DNA of 64,000 nucleotides from Felis catus (Eukaryota), in NCBI RefSeq assembly GCF_018350175.1, contig NC_058368.1, positions 182,220,001 through 182,284,000 on the forward strand. The letters are read 5' to 3'. Of the stretch, positions 1 through 12,430 are shown piece by piece (within the stretch, counting starts at the first letter, position 1; every line of letters begins with the position of its first letter). Below the pieces are notes generated by a model. It ran no database searches and had not been told where the DNA came from. It saw only the letters and a program-made list of their open reading frames with translations. The position numbers were made by a program, and so were the translations under genes.

Positions 1-508
1 AAGTAGAATGTTCTAACCACTCAAAGGCCATTGCAACGCGTGGACTCATCTTTCTGAATTTTCTTTGGGGCAGATTCTGCAAGCTGAAATTAATTGTAAC
101 TGTGCAGTGTGTGGGAAATGTAGGAGTTAAACTATGCCAATGGACATTAAACATTTTCTGACATGACAGAAATTCTTTAAGAGGTTTCAGTTTTAATATT
201 CTGAAATTTTAACATTTTTTTAAAAGAAGCAATTTTATCATTCTCAGAAATCAAATACTTCATTTCAAAATTTCTGGACTAAACGTTCTGATAATGTGTT
301 CATCTTTCTGCGTCAAAAGGATGATGGCTTATTGTATACCAAAGCTGGGCTCACATTCTTTAAAAATTGTCAGAATGTGACTTCTCAAACTTGAAGTTTA
401 AACATCAATTTTTCATGCAAAATACTTTCATTCAAAATGTAAATATACACTGCCCTCTTTATGTCTTTTAACTTCTTGCTTAAAGTGTTTTATTTAAAAC
501 TGAGAACC

Positions 509-718
509 GGGGCACCTGGGTGGCACAGTCGGTTAAGCGTCCGACTTCAGCCAGGTCACGATCTCGCGGTCCATGAGTTCGAGCCCCGCGTCAGGCTCTG
601 GGCTGATGGCTCAGAGCCTGGAGCCTGTTTCCGATTCTGTCTCTCTCTCTCTCTCTCTCTCTGCCCCTCCCCCGTTCATGCTCTGTCTCTCTGTGTCCCA
701 AAAATAAATAAACGTTGA
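509..718 (+). mobile_element. Can-SINE, young felid SINEC_Fc type
   Basis: GGGGCACCTGGGTGGC head, B-box GTTCGAGCC, (CT)n, AATAAA tail; TSD TAAAACTGAGAA(C/T)CG at 495-509 and 719-733. Confidence 0.95.
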
Positions 719-1039
719 TAAAACTGAGAATCGTTTTTAGCATGCCCATTTAACAGTGAGCAATATTTTTACAGGGTAATAAGTCGTTATATCTCTACAT
801 GTTTTGTAACAGTTTTTGTCTCAGACTATCTTTTCAAGAATATTTATACAGCAGAACAACTTTGGAGAAGATAGAGATAGTGTCTCCCTCTGGGGCAAAG
901 GGTACCATCCCCCCCCCCCCCCGAAGAATATAATAAAGATAATTACTCCCTTGGGGGCAAAGACTAGGTAGCTTTGCTTTGAAGTGCCTTTATTTCTTTT
1001 TTAATTTTTCTTAAATGCTGTGTCTTCCCCATAACACAT

Positions 1040-1284
1040 TTTTTTTAAGTTTATTTACTTAGAGAGAGAGAGAGAGAGAACACAAGTGAGGGAGGGGCAG
1101 AGAAGGAGAGAGAGGGGGGGAAGAGGGAGGGAGGGAGGGAGAGAGAGAGAGAGACAGTGGGAGAGAGAGAGAGATTACTCAGCAGTCTCCATGGATGCAG
1201 GGCTCAAACTATGAACTGTGAGATCATGACCTGAGCCAAAGTCAAGAGTCAGATGTTTAACTGACTGAGCTACTCCGTTGCTCC
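1040..1284 (-). mobile_element. Can-SINE, older subfamily
   Basis: polyT, (GA)n, GAGATCATGACCTGAGC; TSD AACACAT at 1033-1039 and 1285-1291. Confidence 0.9.
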
Positions 1285-1317
1285 AACACATATGTACAAA
1301 CATACATACATACATAC

Positions 1318-1465
1318 TTTATTTATTTATTTATTCATTCATTCATTCATTCATAGGCTTCACGCCCAGTGGAGAGCCCAACATAGGGCTTGAACTCACA
1401 ACCCTGAGATCAAGACCTGAGCTAGATCAAGAGACAGATGCTTAACTGAGCTACCCAGGTGCCCC
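1318..1465 (-). mobile_element. Can-SINE, short old type lacking the (CT)n block
   Basis: (TTTA)n/(TTCA)n tail, GGGCTTGAACTCAC, ends CCCAGGTGCCCC. Confidence 0.85.
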
Positions 1466-2058
1466 ACTAGCTGTGCCATTAAATAATTGGGATTTCCTAA
1501 GGTCAATGTTCTTCAGAATGACATAGCTCTACTGTGAGTGTGGCATCTACTTGGGGCCATCATGCCATTGCCCTCTGGGACTTGAAGGTCAAGAGGGACT
1601 AATGCAAACAAAGTTATACTTCTTGTAGTGCTATGAGTAATAAAACCATGTGTCTCTAATCCAGAAGTCTCATGTTTCTGCTAGCATCTATGAAACTGTG
1701 GCAAGCTACCTTGTTAATCCGAAAGTAAGGTAAAATCTCAGATCCTTTACAGTTATTGACAGGATTATCTTGTAAACATGCAATCGACTTACACCATGTG
1801 TGACTCACACTTTATGGATAATCTAAACATAATATGCAAATACTGATTAAAAATACATGGTGAAGTCCACATACCCAACCTTCATGATAATGATTGTAAT
1901 AGATCAGTAAGATCTGCTGTTCATCCTCATCATCCATGGTCACCATTTTTGACATTTATAAATCATAAAGTTTTCTTACATGCTTTCTATATTTTGTAAA
2001 AAAAAATAGTTTCAGCATATTAAAAATGGCAGTTTTATTTTTATATTAAATTTAAATA

Positions 2059-2283
2059 GGGGCGCCTGGGTGGCACAGTCGGTTAAGCGTCTGACTTCAG
2101 CCAGGTCACGATCTCGCCGTCCGTGAGTTCGAGCCCCGTGTCAGGCTCTGGGCTGATGGCTCAGAGCCTGGAGCCTGTTTCCGATTCTGTGTCTCCTTCT
2201 CTCTCTGCCCCTCCCCCATTCATGCTCTGTCTCTCTCTGTCCCAAAAATAAATAAAAACGTTGAAAAAAAATTAAAAAAAAAA
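2059..2283 (+). mobile_element. Can-SINE, young SINEC_Fc type
   Basis: Full head, B-box, (CT)n and A tail; flanking AAAT(T)TAAATA TSD-like repeat. Confidence 0.95.
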
Positions 2284-3489
2284 TTAAATATATACTCTTA
2301 GACTTTATTATTATAGAAAAAAGTTAGCAAACAAAAACCTAACTACATCATATGTATAAAGGCTTTTCCCAATGGTTTCTTGTCTGATTTGTTGGCCTCC
2401 CTATGATTATCAAGCTCAAAGCTTTCATGCTGGTAAAACCCCATGAACAACACATTTTTGTCAGCTTCAGCCCTAATCCAAGAAAAATTTCAGTCTTAAA
2501 ATAAAACAAAATAAAAAACAAACAAAACAAAACAAACAAACAAACAAAAACAGTGACAAGGCCAGGGTAGTATCAGACATACTTTTCAACAAATAAAATC
2601 TGATTGTGCTAGTTGAGTAGATTTTTGTTTTCCTTTTTGTTCACATTCTAGTTTAAAAAGAATAAGGTGAAAAGGCAAGGGCTATTTCTCTGTGTGTTCT
2701 ATACCATCAACAAATACTGTCTACCACAATAAATGTGAATCGAATGAGTAAACTTTGTATATTAAAAGCTCCTACTACTGCTATGCCTTAGGAGTGCTCA
2801 ACTACTAAAAAAATGGCTTGTTTTTTTCACATTCAGATGGTGAGTCCACCTGATATCATGAGAGTAATTAGTATTGTAAAAGCTGTTTGAGAAAATGTAC
2901 GTAGGAAGCTCTGGCCAATTCTATTCAAGGTCATCTAACTAATGTGAAACATCATTGGTTCAGGTCAAGTTTATCATATATAATTCCTGAACTTCCCTGC
3001 ACTGACTTAAAAAATTTACTACCAACCAGTCAGTGTTTATAAAATACCCAAACTTCATTAGGTGACACCTCCAATAATAATCATGGACAAGACCCTGCCT
3101 ATATAAGGGCTCAAGAGCCGAAAGTGACAGGAAGGCAGTCAAAACATAAACAACTGAATTGCAAAAGCAAATGACTCCAACCATCTGCTTAGCTTGTTTC
3201 TGCTCTCATTTTGCCAGGAGCCCTCTGAGAAGACACGGAACCATGCTGGTGCCCTCCATCGTATGTTATCTCTCCTTCCCATCTGCGATGCCCTCTCCTA
3301 TGCTCAATGACATTACTTTGGCTTTGTCTTTCCCTGTGGAAATACAGAAGATAAAGGAAGAGAAAGGAAGGTGTTCCATGAGTCCACAAAAATGTTGAAG
3401 ATGAGGATAGGATGGGATGTTAAGTTCCGCTCTTTAGGGGGCCAGATAAGGAAGAAAATTAATGTAAGGTCTAAAATAAAATAAGCCAC

Positions 3490-5200
3490 ATGGAAACATT
3501 TACTTAATCAATAAATATTTACTAAATATGGGATATATGGCAGGTACTGTGGTAGGATCTGCAGATAACAGGGAGAAAAAAGGGGAATGGGGGAAAAAAG
3601 ACCTAATTCTTGAGTTCAAGAAGTTTATAGTTTAGAGGAGGCAGAAAACAAATATACAAAATAATTACAAATGATTGTACCTATTTACCTGTAAGGAATA
3701 AGCTAAAAGCTTAGATATAAAATAACAGGGAGTGGTGGAAACTACTGCAGATAAATTGGTTAAAAAATACTTCAACTGAAGAACTTATACAACTCAACAC
3801 CAGAAAAACCACATTATCCAATTAACAACGGATAGAAGGCATGAATATCTATTTTTCTAAAGAAGATGTACAGATGGCCAACAAACACATGAAAGAATGC
3901 TCAATATCACTCATCATCAGGGAAATGAAAATCAAAACCATAATAAGATTTCACCTCACACCTGTCAGAATGGCTAATATGAAAAACACAAGGAATTACA
4001 AGTGTTGGTGAAGATGGAAGAAAAGGGAAAGCTTGTGCACTGTTGGTGGGAATGTAAATTGGTACAACCACTGTAGAAAAAGTATGGAATTTCCTCAAAA
4101 AAAATTAAAAGTAGAAATAGCATATGATTCAGTATTTCCACTACTGAATATCTATCTCCCCCAACGAAAGCAGGAGTTAGAAAAGATATATGCACCCCCA
4201 TGTGTATGGCAGCATTATTCATAAAAGACAAGAATGGAAGCAACTAAAATGTTCATTGATAGATGAATAAAGAAGATGTGCTATTACAATGAAATGTGAC
4301 TCAGTCATAAAAATGAACAAAATCTTGCCATCTGGGACATGGATCGAACTAGAGGGTATTACGCTGAATAAATAAGTCAGACAGAGAAGGACAGATGCCA
4401 AATGATTTCACTTACATGTGTAATCTAAAAACCAAAACAAATGAACAAAGAAAAAAACCAAAACAGGAACAGAATCATAAATACATAGAACATAAATAAA
4501 AAATTGGTAGTTTCCAGAGGGGAGAGGTTTAGAGGGATGGACAAAATAGGTGAAAAGGATAAAGAGGTACAAAATTCCAGTTATAGAATGGAGAAGTCAC
4601 AGGTATGAAAGGTGCAGCTTAGGGAATATAGTCGATAATGCTGTAGTGGTGTTGTGTAGGGACGGGTGGTCACTGCCCTGATTGTGATGAGCACAGCTTA
4701 CTGTATGGGGCTGTTGGGTCACTATGTTATGCACCTGAAATTAATAAAGGATTGTGAAAAGAAAAAAAAAGAAAAAAAAAGACGCCAACTGGACAGTATG
4801 GACAGTAACATTTAAGCTGAGACCTGAGTGGGGAGAAGAAATAATTAATTTAAGGAAGTAACTAAGTCATTTAAGAAATTAATTAGTGTAAGTAAAAGTA
4901 GGGAGAGGGGGCATCTGAGGAAAGGTTTGGGGAAAGAAGAAACTCCGTGTGTCCCAGAAGGAAGAAAGCCGCTCACTGTTCCTGGAGTATAAAGAGGGAG
5001 AAGAAGTACGTTATGATGGGTAAGTAATTAAGAGGAAAGCACAGATTGTGCCTAGTCTTGGCCTCTGCTGAAGAGTTCTGATTTTTTTCTAAGGACTACG
5101 GGAGCGATTGGACATTTTTGTTAAGGAGGTGACATAATCAACTTGGCTTTTAAGATCACTCAGTTGTGTCCACAGTGGATTAAAACAAAGCAAGTAAAGT
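3490..5200 (-). mobile_element. L2 relic split by an L1 insertion
   Basis: TCAATAAATATTTACT...GGCAGGTACTGTG (L2 3' end, antisense); resumes at ~4790 with ACATTTAAGCTGAGACCTGA. Confidence 0.6.
3779..4780 (+). mobile_element. 5'-truncated L1 (ORF2 C-terminus plus 3'UTR, carnivore L1MA/L1_Carn-like)
   Basis: ORF 4033 CTVGGNVNWYNH resembles the L1 ORF2 C-terminus; typical 3'UTR, AATAAA and A-rich tail; possible TSD CAACTG. Confidence 0.9.
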
Positions 5201-7269
5201 CCAGTGAAAATGACATGATGTAGGGGAGGAACTTTGAAGAAGAGAAGCCAGGATGGTAACAGAATTCAAAGAAGAAAGTAAGAACAAAAAGTAGAGGTGT
5301 CATCACGGTCACCTTTGGCGATGTCACAGTGCCAACAGTGGAGGAGGATGACCGAGTTTGGATGGGGAATGCATTTTCTTTATGACAACATATTTAAGAC
5401 TCCCCTGGGGGTTATGGGCTACTTGTGTCTTTTCCGTGTGACCTGAATTCCTCAGTCAGATTTTCATATTTATATTTCTTGACAAATATTTGCCCACTTC
5501 TAAACAGGAAACATGGAATACATCTAGAAGATCACGATAGTGGCCAGGACGGGCAGCTTTGGGGTCCTGATTATTTGCCATCACTGTTTCTGATGCTATC
5601 GTCATAAGGTCAAATATGCTGGAAGGATATTGCGGCTCTCACACAGCCGCGCCTGAGTGCTGCAGTCATTCGCCTTTCCTTAAGATAACAAGTGTAGGCT
5701 CTCGGTTCAATGAGACCGACCACGGCATTACAAATGGCACCAGTTTAAATGCCTTGTACAACATTGCAGGGGGAAAGCTACAGATTTTTCAGAGCTGAGA
5801 AGGAGCACTGTGTATGTGCTCATTACTAAAAAGGAAGAGTGTGTTTCACAAAATATGGCCTTGTGGGCTAAAGCTGTCTTTCTTTGTTCCTTGGAACAGC
5901 CGAGTGTGGCTTTACATCTCAGGCCAATTATCCTCCACCGTTTTTCAGCAACTGACAAAACCTGTAAAATGAGCAATGATATGAAGACAGCATACCATTC
6001 TGCAGTTTACTCTGTATCCTGCATTTGCATCTGATTTTGGTGTGTATCTTTTTTGGGGGAGGGGTTCTCACCGCAGGGACAAGATTTCCTAACATGAGAA
6101 CAACATACAAAACAAATAGCTGCTAATGCCTGCCGCCTCTAATCCCCTCTCTGGACAGCTCTCCCAGGAAGGGGACCTCTTCTATCAATACCCAACATTA
6201 TTATTTTTTTTTTTCCTGAGATAATGGGATTAGCCAGGAGGGAAGCTGCACATCCTGCTGCCCTTAAAGAGAGCCCTCACTCTAGCTTGGGTTTGTGGGA
6301 GGTAACCTTCGTTTTGACTGAGAACTGCTGGAGCTTGATGTGCAAAACAAACCATTGGGGCACGTGGAGTGATTTCATACAGACTTGCTCTCACAGGAGA
6401 AGAGCAAAGAGTCAGAGGTAGAAATTAATTGTGACTCTCCATCAACAAGGCACTGAGCTCCCTTCCGGTTAATGCTTGTGTTGGCCCCCAGAAATCCCAG
6501 GAAGCCCAGAGACACTGTCCTGCAGGCTCCTGTTGGCAGCCCTTCCCATGGGGAAGACAATACAGGAATGCAGGTTAAAAATCAAAATGGGACTGAATAA
6601 AGTCTATGAACACTTTCTGATTTTTTCTTCATTTCCACAACACACATGAAATTCACTCAGAATATACCCATAATAAAAAGGGAAATGATCAGAGGATGTA
6701 GAATAGACCCTGCTGAAAGCTGATTTTCAGATACTCCATAATGTTCTGCAAGAGAAAACATTGTGTCAAATGTGAATTAAATTTGAACAACAGCCTTTCA
6801 AATGCAAATCCTTCGGAAGGGATGTCATTGATATACAACCTCTAAAAACCTTTCAAAAGAAATAAAATGGATAAATGTGATAATTAAGATCTCTATTTAT
6901 AGGAAAATGATCAGATCACATTTGTTCTGAAATGTTTTTGTACCTGCAACATGGAGGGCAGATATAAAAAGTAAGGATCAGTTTTGAAATTTGCAGGTTG
7001 GAGGTGAAAATGGAATGATAGCTTGTCTGACAGAGGCGAAGGTTCTCCTGTAGTATGCTAAGACCCATTATTATGCACCCATAATTGCCAGGGCCCCCAC
7101 TGACCTCCATTCACTCTTCCTCATACAGTCTCCCCTTCAGCTCCCCCTACAACATCCTTCTCTTCCTAATGCAAGATGTAAGCCACTCTGCTATCTGCAG
7201 CAGGATTCTACTAAACAGTAGTATTTATGAGAAGCTGACTGGCCTACTTGAGAATGTAAGGAGAAATAC

Positions 7270-7703
7270 TGTTTTGCATTGAGCATTTCTGGAAACAGAG
7301 AGTTATTCGCACAAGGGTTATTAGAGAGTGATCTCAGGAGACACATCTGTAAGCACGTGAGGAAGGCAGGATGAGGCAGTAGGAGATGAATAAGTGACTG
7401 TGACCAAAGCTATAGGTGATCCTAAAAACAAGGGGGTGATCTGGAGCTAGGCTGGTTCTTCAGGGTTGTTTCAAATTAGGGTTTATTATGGGGGAAGGGG
7501 TGAAAGACTCTCCATTCCTGTATCTGCCCATCTTTGGTCACAGCTGTCCCTGGAAGAGTGAGAGCCTATCCTTGGGTGAAGCCAATCTGAGGTCAAGGGC
7601 ATTTGCCAGTGAGAGATGTACCTGTGATCTCTCAGCAGGTACATAATCCCAGAAGTTGGGGGAAGGGTGAAAGGATCCACATAGGACAACATTATCCACT
7701 ACA
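7270..7703 (-). mobile_element. ERVL solo LTR, LTR33-family-like
   Basis: GTGATCTCAGGAGACAC...CTGGAGCTAGGCTGGTTCTTCAGGGTTGT...; ends ATCCACTACA. Confidence 0.6.
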
Positions 7704-8319
7704 GCTGTATAAATGAAGGATGTTAAGGATTTCCTCTTCTAAGGATTCCCCCTCACCACTGGATATTATTTTTATTAGGAAATTATTCTCATGAAAGGGA
7801 ATTTACCTCAGCAGAGAAAACACATAAAGCTATTCTCTCACACACATATCTGACTATAAATTGTTTTGCCCTGTTCTTTCCAACTACAATGCTAGGAGGA
7901 TACTTATGACTAAATAAGAAGAAAAGGCTAGGATACAGAAGGTGAGAGAAATCCATGGTTGAGAAACCCTGGGTAGTCACAGTAGAGAAAGAACTTACAA
8001 AGAATCTAGAAGCGCGTCGTATTATGGATGGTAAGGAGAGGATGCTAAGAGAAGAAATTCTGTTAAGATTCGCCCATGGTCAGTCCTATATCTTCGCAGG
8101 AGAGGTGATGGCAGTCAAGGTGAAGGCATAAAAATGGACTAGGCAGTTATGAAAATTTAGATTCTCTCTTTCCTCATGGACTGTTTTTTCCAGAATTGTT
8201 CTTCCTCAGCTTCTATTCTAGGAGTAGAAAAGTCAGGAAACATGGAAGACAGACTATGCTTTGGAAGACAATGCTGCTGTCCCATCTTGAGCATTCCATG
8301 GCTCTACAGTTTGTTTTCT

Positions 8320-8520
8320 TTTTTTAAAAATTTTTTTAACGTTTATTTATTTTTGAGACAGAGAGAGACAGAGCATGAACGGGGGAGGGTCAGAGAGACG
8401 GAGACACAGAATCTGAAACAGGCTCCAGGCTCTGAGCTATCAGCACAGGGCCCGACGCGGGGCGAGATCGTGACCTGAGCCAAAGTCGGACGCTCAACCG
8501 ACTGAGCCACCCAGGCGCCC
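8320..8520 (-). mobile_element. Can-SINE, young, with an internal deletion covering the B-box
   Basis: Perfect 18-bp TSD CTCTACAGTTTGTTTTCT at 8302-8319 and 8521-8538; CpGs retained. Confidence 0.95.
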
Positions 8521-10589
8521 CTCTACAGTTTGTTTTCTAATCTCAATAACCTGTGACTCTGTAAGGCCTTCTAGTTTTTTGTTTCTTGATGAGATTTCTT
8601 TTAAATGTTATGGACACCATTCGTGCCTCCAATCATAATCTCACTGTCTTTGGGCAAACAAACAGTAGCTAAAACCAGGGAAAGCTGCCTTGCAGGACAT
8701 TTAAAGGACACTTTTCCATGTCATTTGCCTAGACTTCCCTAAGTTGCTGATGGTATTTTTCTGGCCAGAATTTTTAGTCAAGTGGCCAAACGTTTTGAGA
8801 ACCATTTTGCTCTTGCAAGATTTCTTTCAGCTGGTTCTCTGCATTGATGAGGTTCAGAGGGTTTAGAAAACCATCTGAACTCTTGGGATTTTATTTGAAC
8901 CAAACCCAAACTTTGAACCTTTTATGGTTTTACACATCACAAGTAAATGTGTCTCCTGCCTTGATATTATTCCCTCTGGTTCCCTCCTGACTCTTTGTCC
9001 CTTGAATAAAACTGAACAGTGAGTTGGAGATCAAAACTCGATCCAAGGGTCACCTCCGATTGATGACCTTCTCTCTACAACAACCACTTTAATTAAAGAC
9101 CACATCTACGAGCAACCACTTTTCCATAGGCTCTTGGATATGTTCTCAAGACAGATTTTTCTGTTAACAGCAGCATCCCCTTGCTCTGAAGAGTGGCAAG
9201 TCCCAGTGGATCACAGATCTTAACCCCATGACAGGCCAACCTATTTATGCTGGCTACTAATAATGACTTATGTTTATAATGGCACTATTCATCCTAGAGG
9301 CTCACTCACAGCACTCCACTGACCACATGTGTGCTCTTTATACAGGCATGTGTCTATATACACCCACATATCACAACTGCACAAAGGTCTTGACTGCTGA
9401 GGCTTTAATCAGCCCTTTCTTCCTTTTGCTTAGCTTCAGGGTCTGATCCCTGGGATTAGGGGAACCGGTGCACCCTTCTCTTTATCACTGGGGGAAAAAA
9501 ACAGATTGAACAATTGGGAGTCCAGCTCCCTATTCACTTTGCTGCTTATTAGGGTCTGTGTATATCAGCCGTGATGCTGCAAAGCAAGTTGAGAGAGACC
9601 TTGTGCAATACATATTTAATAGTGGGAACTCTCCTCCCATTTTATCTCTTCCCCTTCTCTCCTTCCATTTAATGAACCAATTATTCTGACAAGGAGGAGA
9701 ATGCTCTCTTCCCAGCTCCCTCTCACTTTGAGCCTTTATTCCCTGCTTCTCTAAAGTGCTGCCTAATTTGGCATAAGACCCTATTGTAGGTTATTTTTAC
9801 ATTCACCATGAATTGTGTAAAATTATTTCAGCACTTTGGAAATTTTTCTTTTAGAGCAGGAGATATTATTTTATCCCCACGTGAATGACAGATAAGATGT
9901 GATGGTAAGAGAATGTCCAAACCTGGATAGATATTCAATTGCCTTCATTTTATTTAACAATATCACAGTTTGTTTTCTGTGACAGATTAAACACAAAGAA
10001 ATACACCTAGACTACATATTAATGAATTCTCCCTTTTGTTTTTGTTGAAATGCTTAAAATGCAGCAAATCTAGTTTTTTCATTGAAGACTCCACAGCTAT
10101 TCATTATTCATGATGAAACATGATACAACTTTATTAATTTGCACGTTTACTTTATTTACATGCATAAAAATCTACAGAACTACTACTGATCATGAAATGT
10201 TTTGAGGACAGAATTGAAGCAGATTTCAACAGCACTACCCACACTGTTTTTCTTAAGCATTTGATCCTATTGGGTAGAATGTTAATTATTGATCTATTTT
10301 GCATGATGTACTCTGAATTAGGTGATGGTTGCTCTTTGTCATATATAGTTTTAAAGTGTTTGATTTACTTTATAAATAAACTGACCCAAATGACATGGGA
10401 TATCTTTAATCAGAGAAACTGTGACCAATTCAATTTTTAATCGGTAGTAAGTGCGAGGCACTCTGATAGATGATAGTTTCAATAAAATTTACAAGAAACA
10501 GCCTTTGGCCTCTAGAAGTTTCTGGACCAGTGGAGAGGCAGACTTTCTAAACTCTTAAATGTCATTAGAGAAACATGAAAGATACACCT

Positions 10590-11125
10590 AATATTTTTGC
10601 AGTCTCAACATCCCTTCTTTTGGTAACAACATACAGATTGACTCCTAAAGATTTACTGGCTTCTCTGATGTCAATCCATATAGGGAGGAACTGTTTCTAC
10701 CCACTTCTTTCAAGAGTCAGCATGTGATCCAGTCCTAAATGATGAGCATTCCATCCTTCTATCCACAACAATGGATAAGGATCACAACCACTAATCAGAG
10801 TGTTTCCTGGAAATTTTTCTAGAGCTAGTGGGAAAGAGCATTCCCTTTCCCCTGAGTTTACTAGGCTTACAGACCATAAATCTAAATTTCTTGGTGTTCA
10901 CATTTGGAAATTAAACCACTGTGGCAAAAGCAGAGTTAAGAGTTGGAGAGAATACTAATGATATCACTTGAACATTTGAATCCAGTCATTAAGAAAGCCA
11001 GAAATTCCATGAACTTTTTATTAGGGCAGTAAAAGCTTGATTATCTGCCTGTATGTATGCATGTATTTTGTTTGTGGTAGTTTGGACTGGTAACCCTATA
11101 CTGCAAACAAAAAATTCTAAGAACA
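10590..11125 (+). mobile_element. MaLR LTR, MLT1J/K-like
   Basis: CCCTTCTTTTGGTAAC, CATGTGATCCAGTC, AATCAGAGT, TGAACATTTGAATCCAGTC, 3' end CTGCAAACAAAAAATTCTAAGAACA. Confidence 0.65.
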
Positions 11126-11919
11126 TGAGCCCAAAGAGGAGGCATTAAAAGATTTCCAGAAGTGATTTCATATAAAATGTTTATAATCTACCAAATGCAA
11201 AAGTGAGATGTTGATTTCATTAAAATCTACTAATGAAAGTAAAACAAAACAAAACCAACAAACAAAAAAATGAGGAACCGGGTTACTTACCATGAACATA
11301 TATTTAAACTAAAGATAACAGACACTTCTATTAGAAAATGTGTATGCAACATTCCTGTTTATTTATGCCTGCTTCTTATTTATCGAGTTCTTGGCCATAG
11401 GACAATCTTATCCATAAATAAGAATTTGATGAGCCCAGAGCTGCTAGATTACCCTTAGTAGATACAAGAACTAAGTTTCTGAATTCATCCTGTGGCTCCA
11501 GCAGTCAGGACTGATACCCTATCCAAGAAAGTATGTAAAACTTTCTTTCAACAAGTATTTGTATCAATTGACTATATTCAAATGTCAAGACAATAAAATA
11601 TGTTGCAAATTAATGCTTCAGGGCAGCAGATGGACTAAGTGACATTTCATGATCCCTCCATCTCTACAATTCCATGAGTCTATCAGGCTGTCTTCCTTTC
11701 CCCAGGACATTTCTAACTAATTTTACCACAGGACCAGCTAGGTCTGAGTTGAGGGAAGGAAGCCATGCTCCAAACTTGAAAGTGCCTACTATTCCACACC
11801 TAGAGATTTTTTTTTCCCCCCGCTGTGCTGCACATGCTTCTCTACCTGTCAGAAACACGGAATAAAGAGTAAAATTGGAAGGCATAATAAGCCTTGGAAA
11901 TGAACCTCTTACATTCTAC

Positions 11920-12430
11920 CACAAATCCTCACTCATGCTGCACAGTGACCAGTTGAGCAGGTTTTGGCCAGCTGTGGGCAGATACAACCACAGGGGGATT
12001 TGCTCTGAGCTCACATGGGTATTCCTCACACTTCTTGTCCTGGGGCTTCTCTGAATGCAAAGTTTAGAGCCTGTGGGAATTATCTCAGGGGTGATGGTTG
12101 TGCAGACAGAAAGTGCAGGAAACTTGACAATAGGAGACAAATGCAGGGGAACAAATACTTCTCCCGTCTTGCCCCAGGTGGATAGTTCTGAGAAGCATTT
12201 CATCTGGCTATTCAGAAGGTCAGAGGGGAGATTAAATTCAGTCTCTATAGCCATTGAGCTCTGCGGCCAACTTGACAGGCATCCTGTTTTTTTTTTTTTT
12301 TTTTCCTTCTCTCTCTGTTCCACCACTCTATCCTTCACAAATCTGTTCTTTCCAAATAAACTAAACTACTCATGAATAAACCTTTGCCTCATTTTCTGCT
12401 TTGGGAGATGGGGAAAACTCAGACTAAACA
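11920..12430 (+). mobile_element. ERVL solo LTR, LTR16-like
   Basis: GAAAGTGCAGGAAACTT, GGATAGTTCTGAGAAGCATTTC, CCAAATAAACTA, 3' end AAACTCAGACTAAACA. Confidence 0.7.

Larger units (their letters stand above)
790..1761 (+). mobile_element. ERVL solo LTR, LTR40-like, interrupted by two SINEs (~990-1465)
   Basis: GAAGATAGAGATAGTGTCTCCCTC motif at the 5' side; 3' side GAGTAATAAA...AAGGTAAAATCTCAGATCCTTTACAGTTATTGACA matches the recalled LTR40 end. Confidence 0.75.

Noticed and set aside
509..590. tRNA-like A/B boxes in SINE heads
   Set aside because: Can-SINEs are tRNA-derived; no full cloverleaf, so not tRNA genes
461..718. Recurring ORFs such as MAQSVK...SLEPASDSVSPSLS (also at 24389, 25993, 47606, 49338, 56522)
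   Set aside because: Translations of Can-SINE sequence, not a gene family
5616..5798. ORF containing HGITNG..LYNIAGG, reminiscent of the M14 carboxypeptidase GITNGAxWYxxxGGMQD motif
   Set aside because: Spacing is off, the conserved Trp and MQD are missing, and no other carboxypeptidase-like exon is visible; probably chance
11285..11325. Minus-strand 18-nt microexon candidate (CTTTAG|TTTAAATATATGTTCATG|GTAAGT)
   Set aside because: Short polypyrimidine tract and no host gene evidence; expected by chance in 64 kb
11916..12375. Overlapping 140-aa and 106-aa ORFs
   Set aside because: Lie within an LTR16-like LTR and have no recognisable domain
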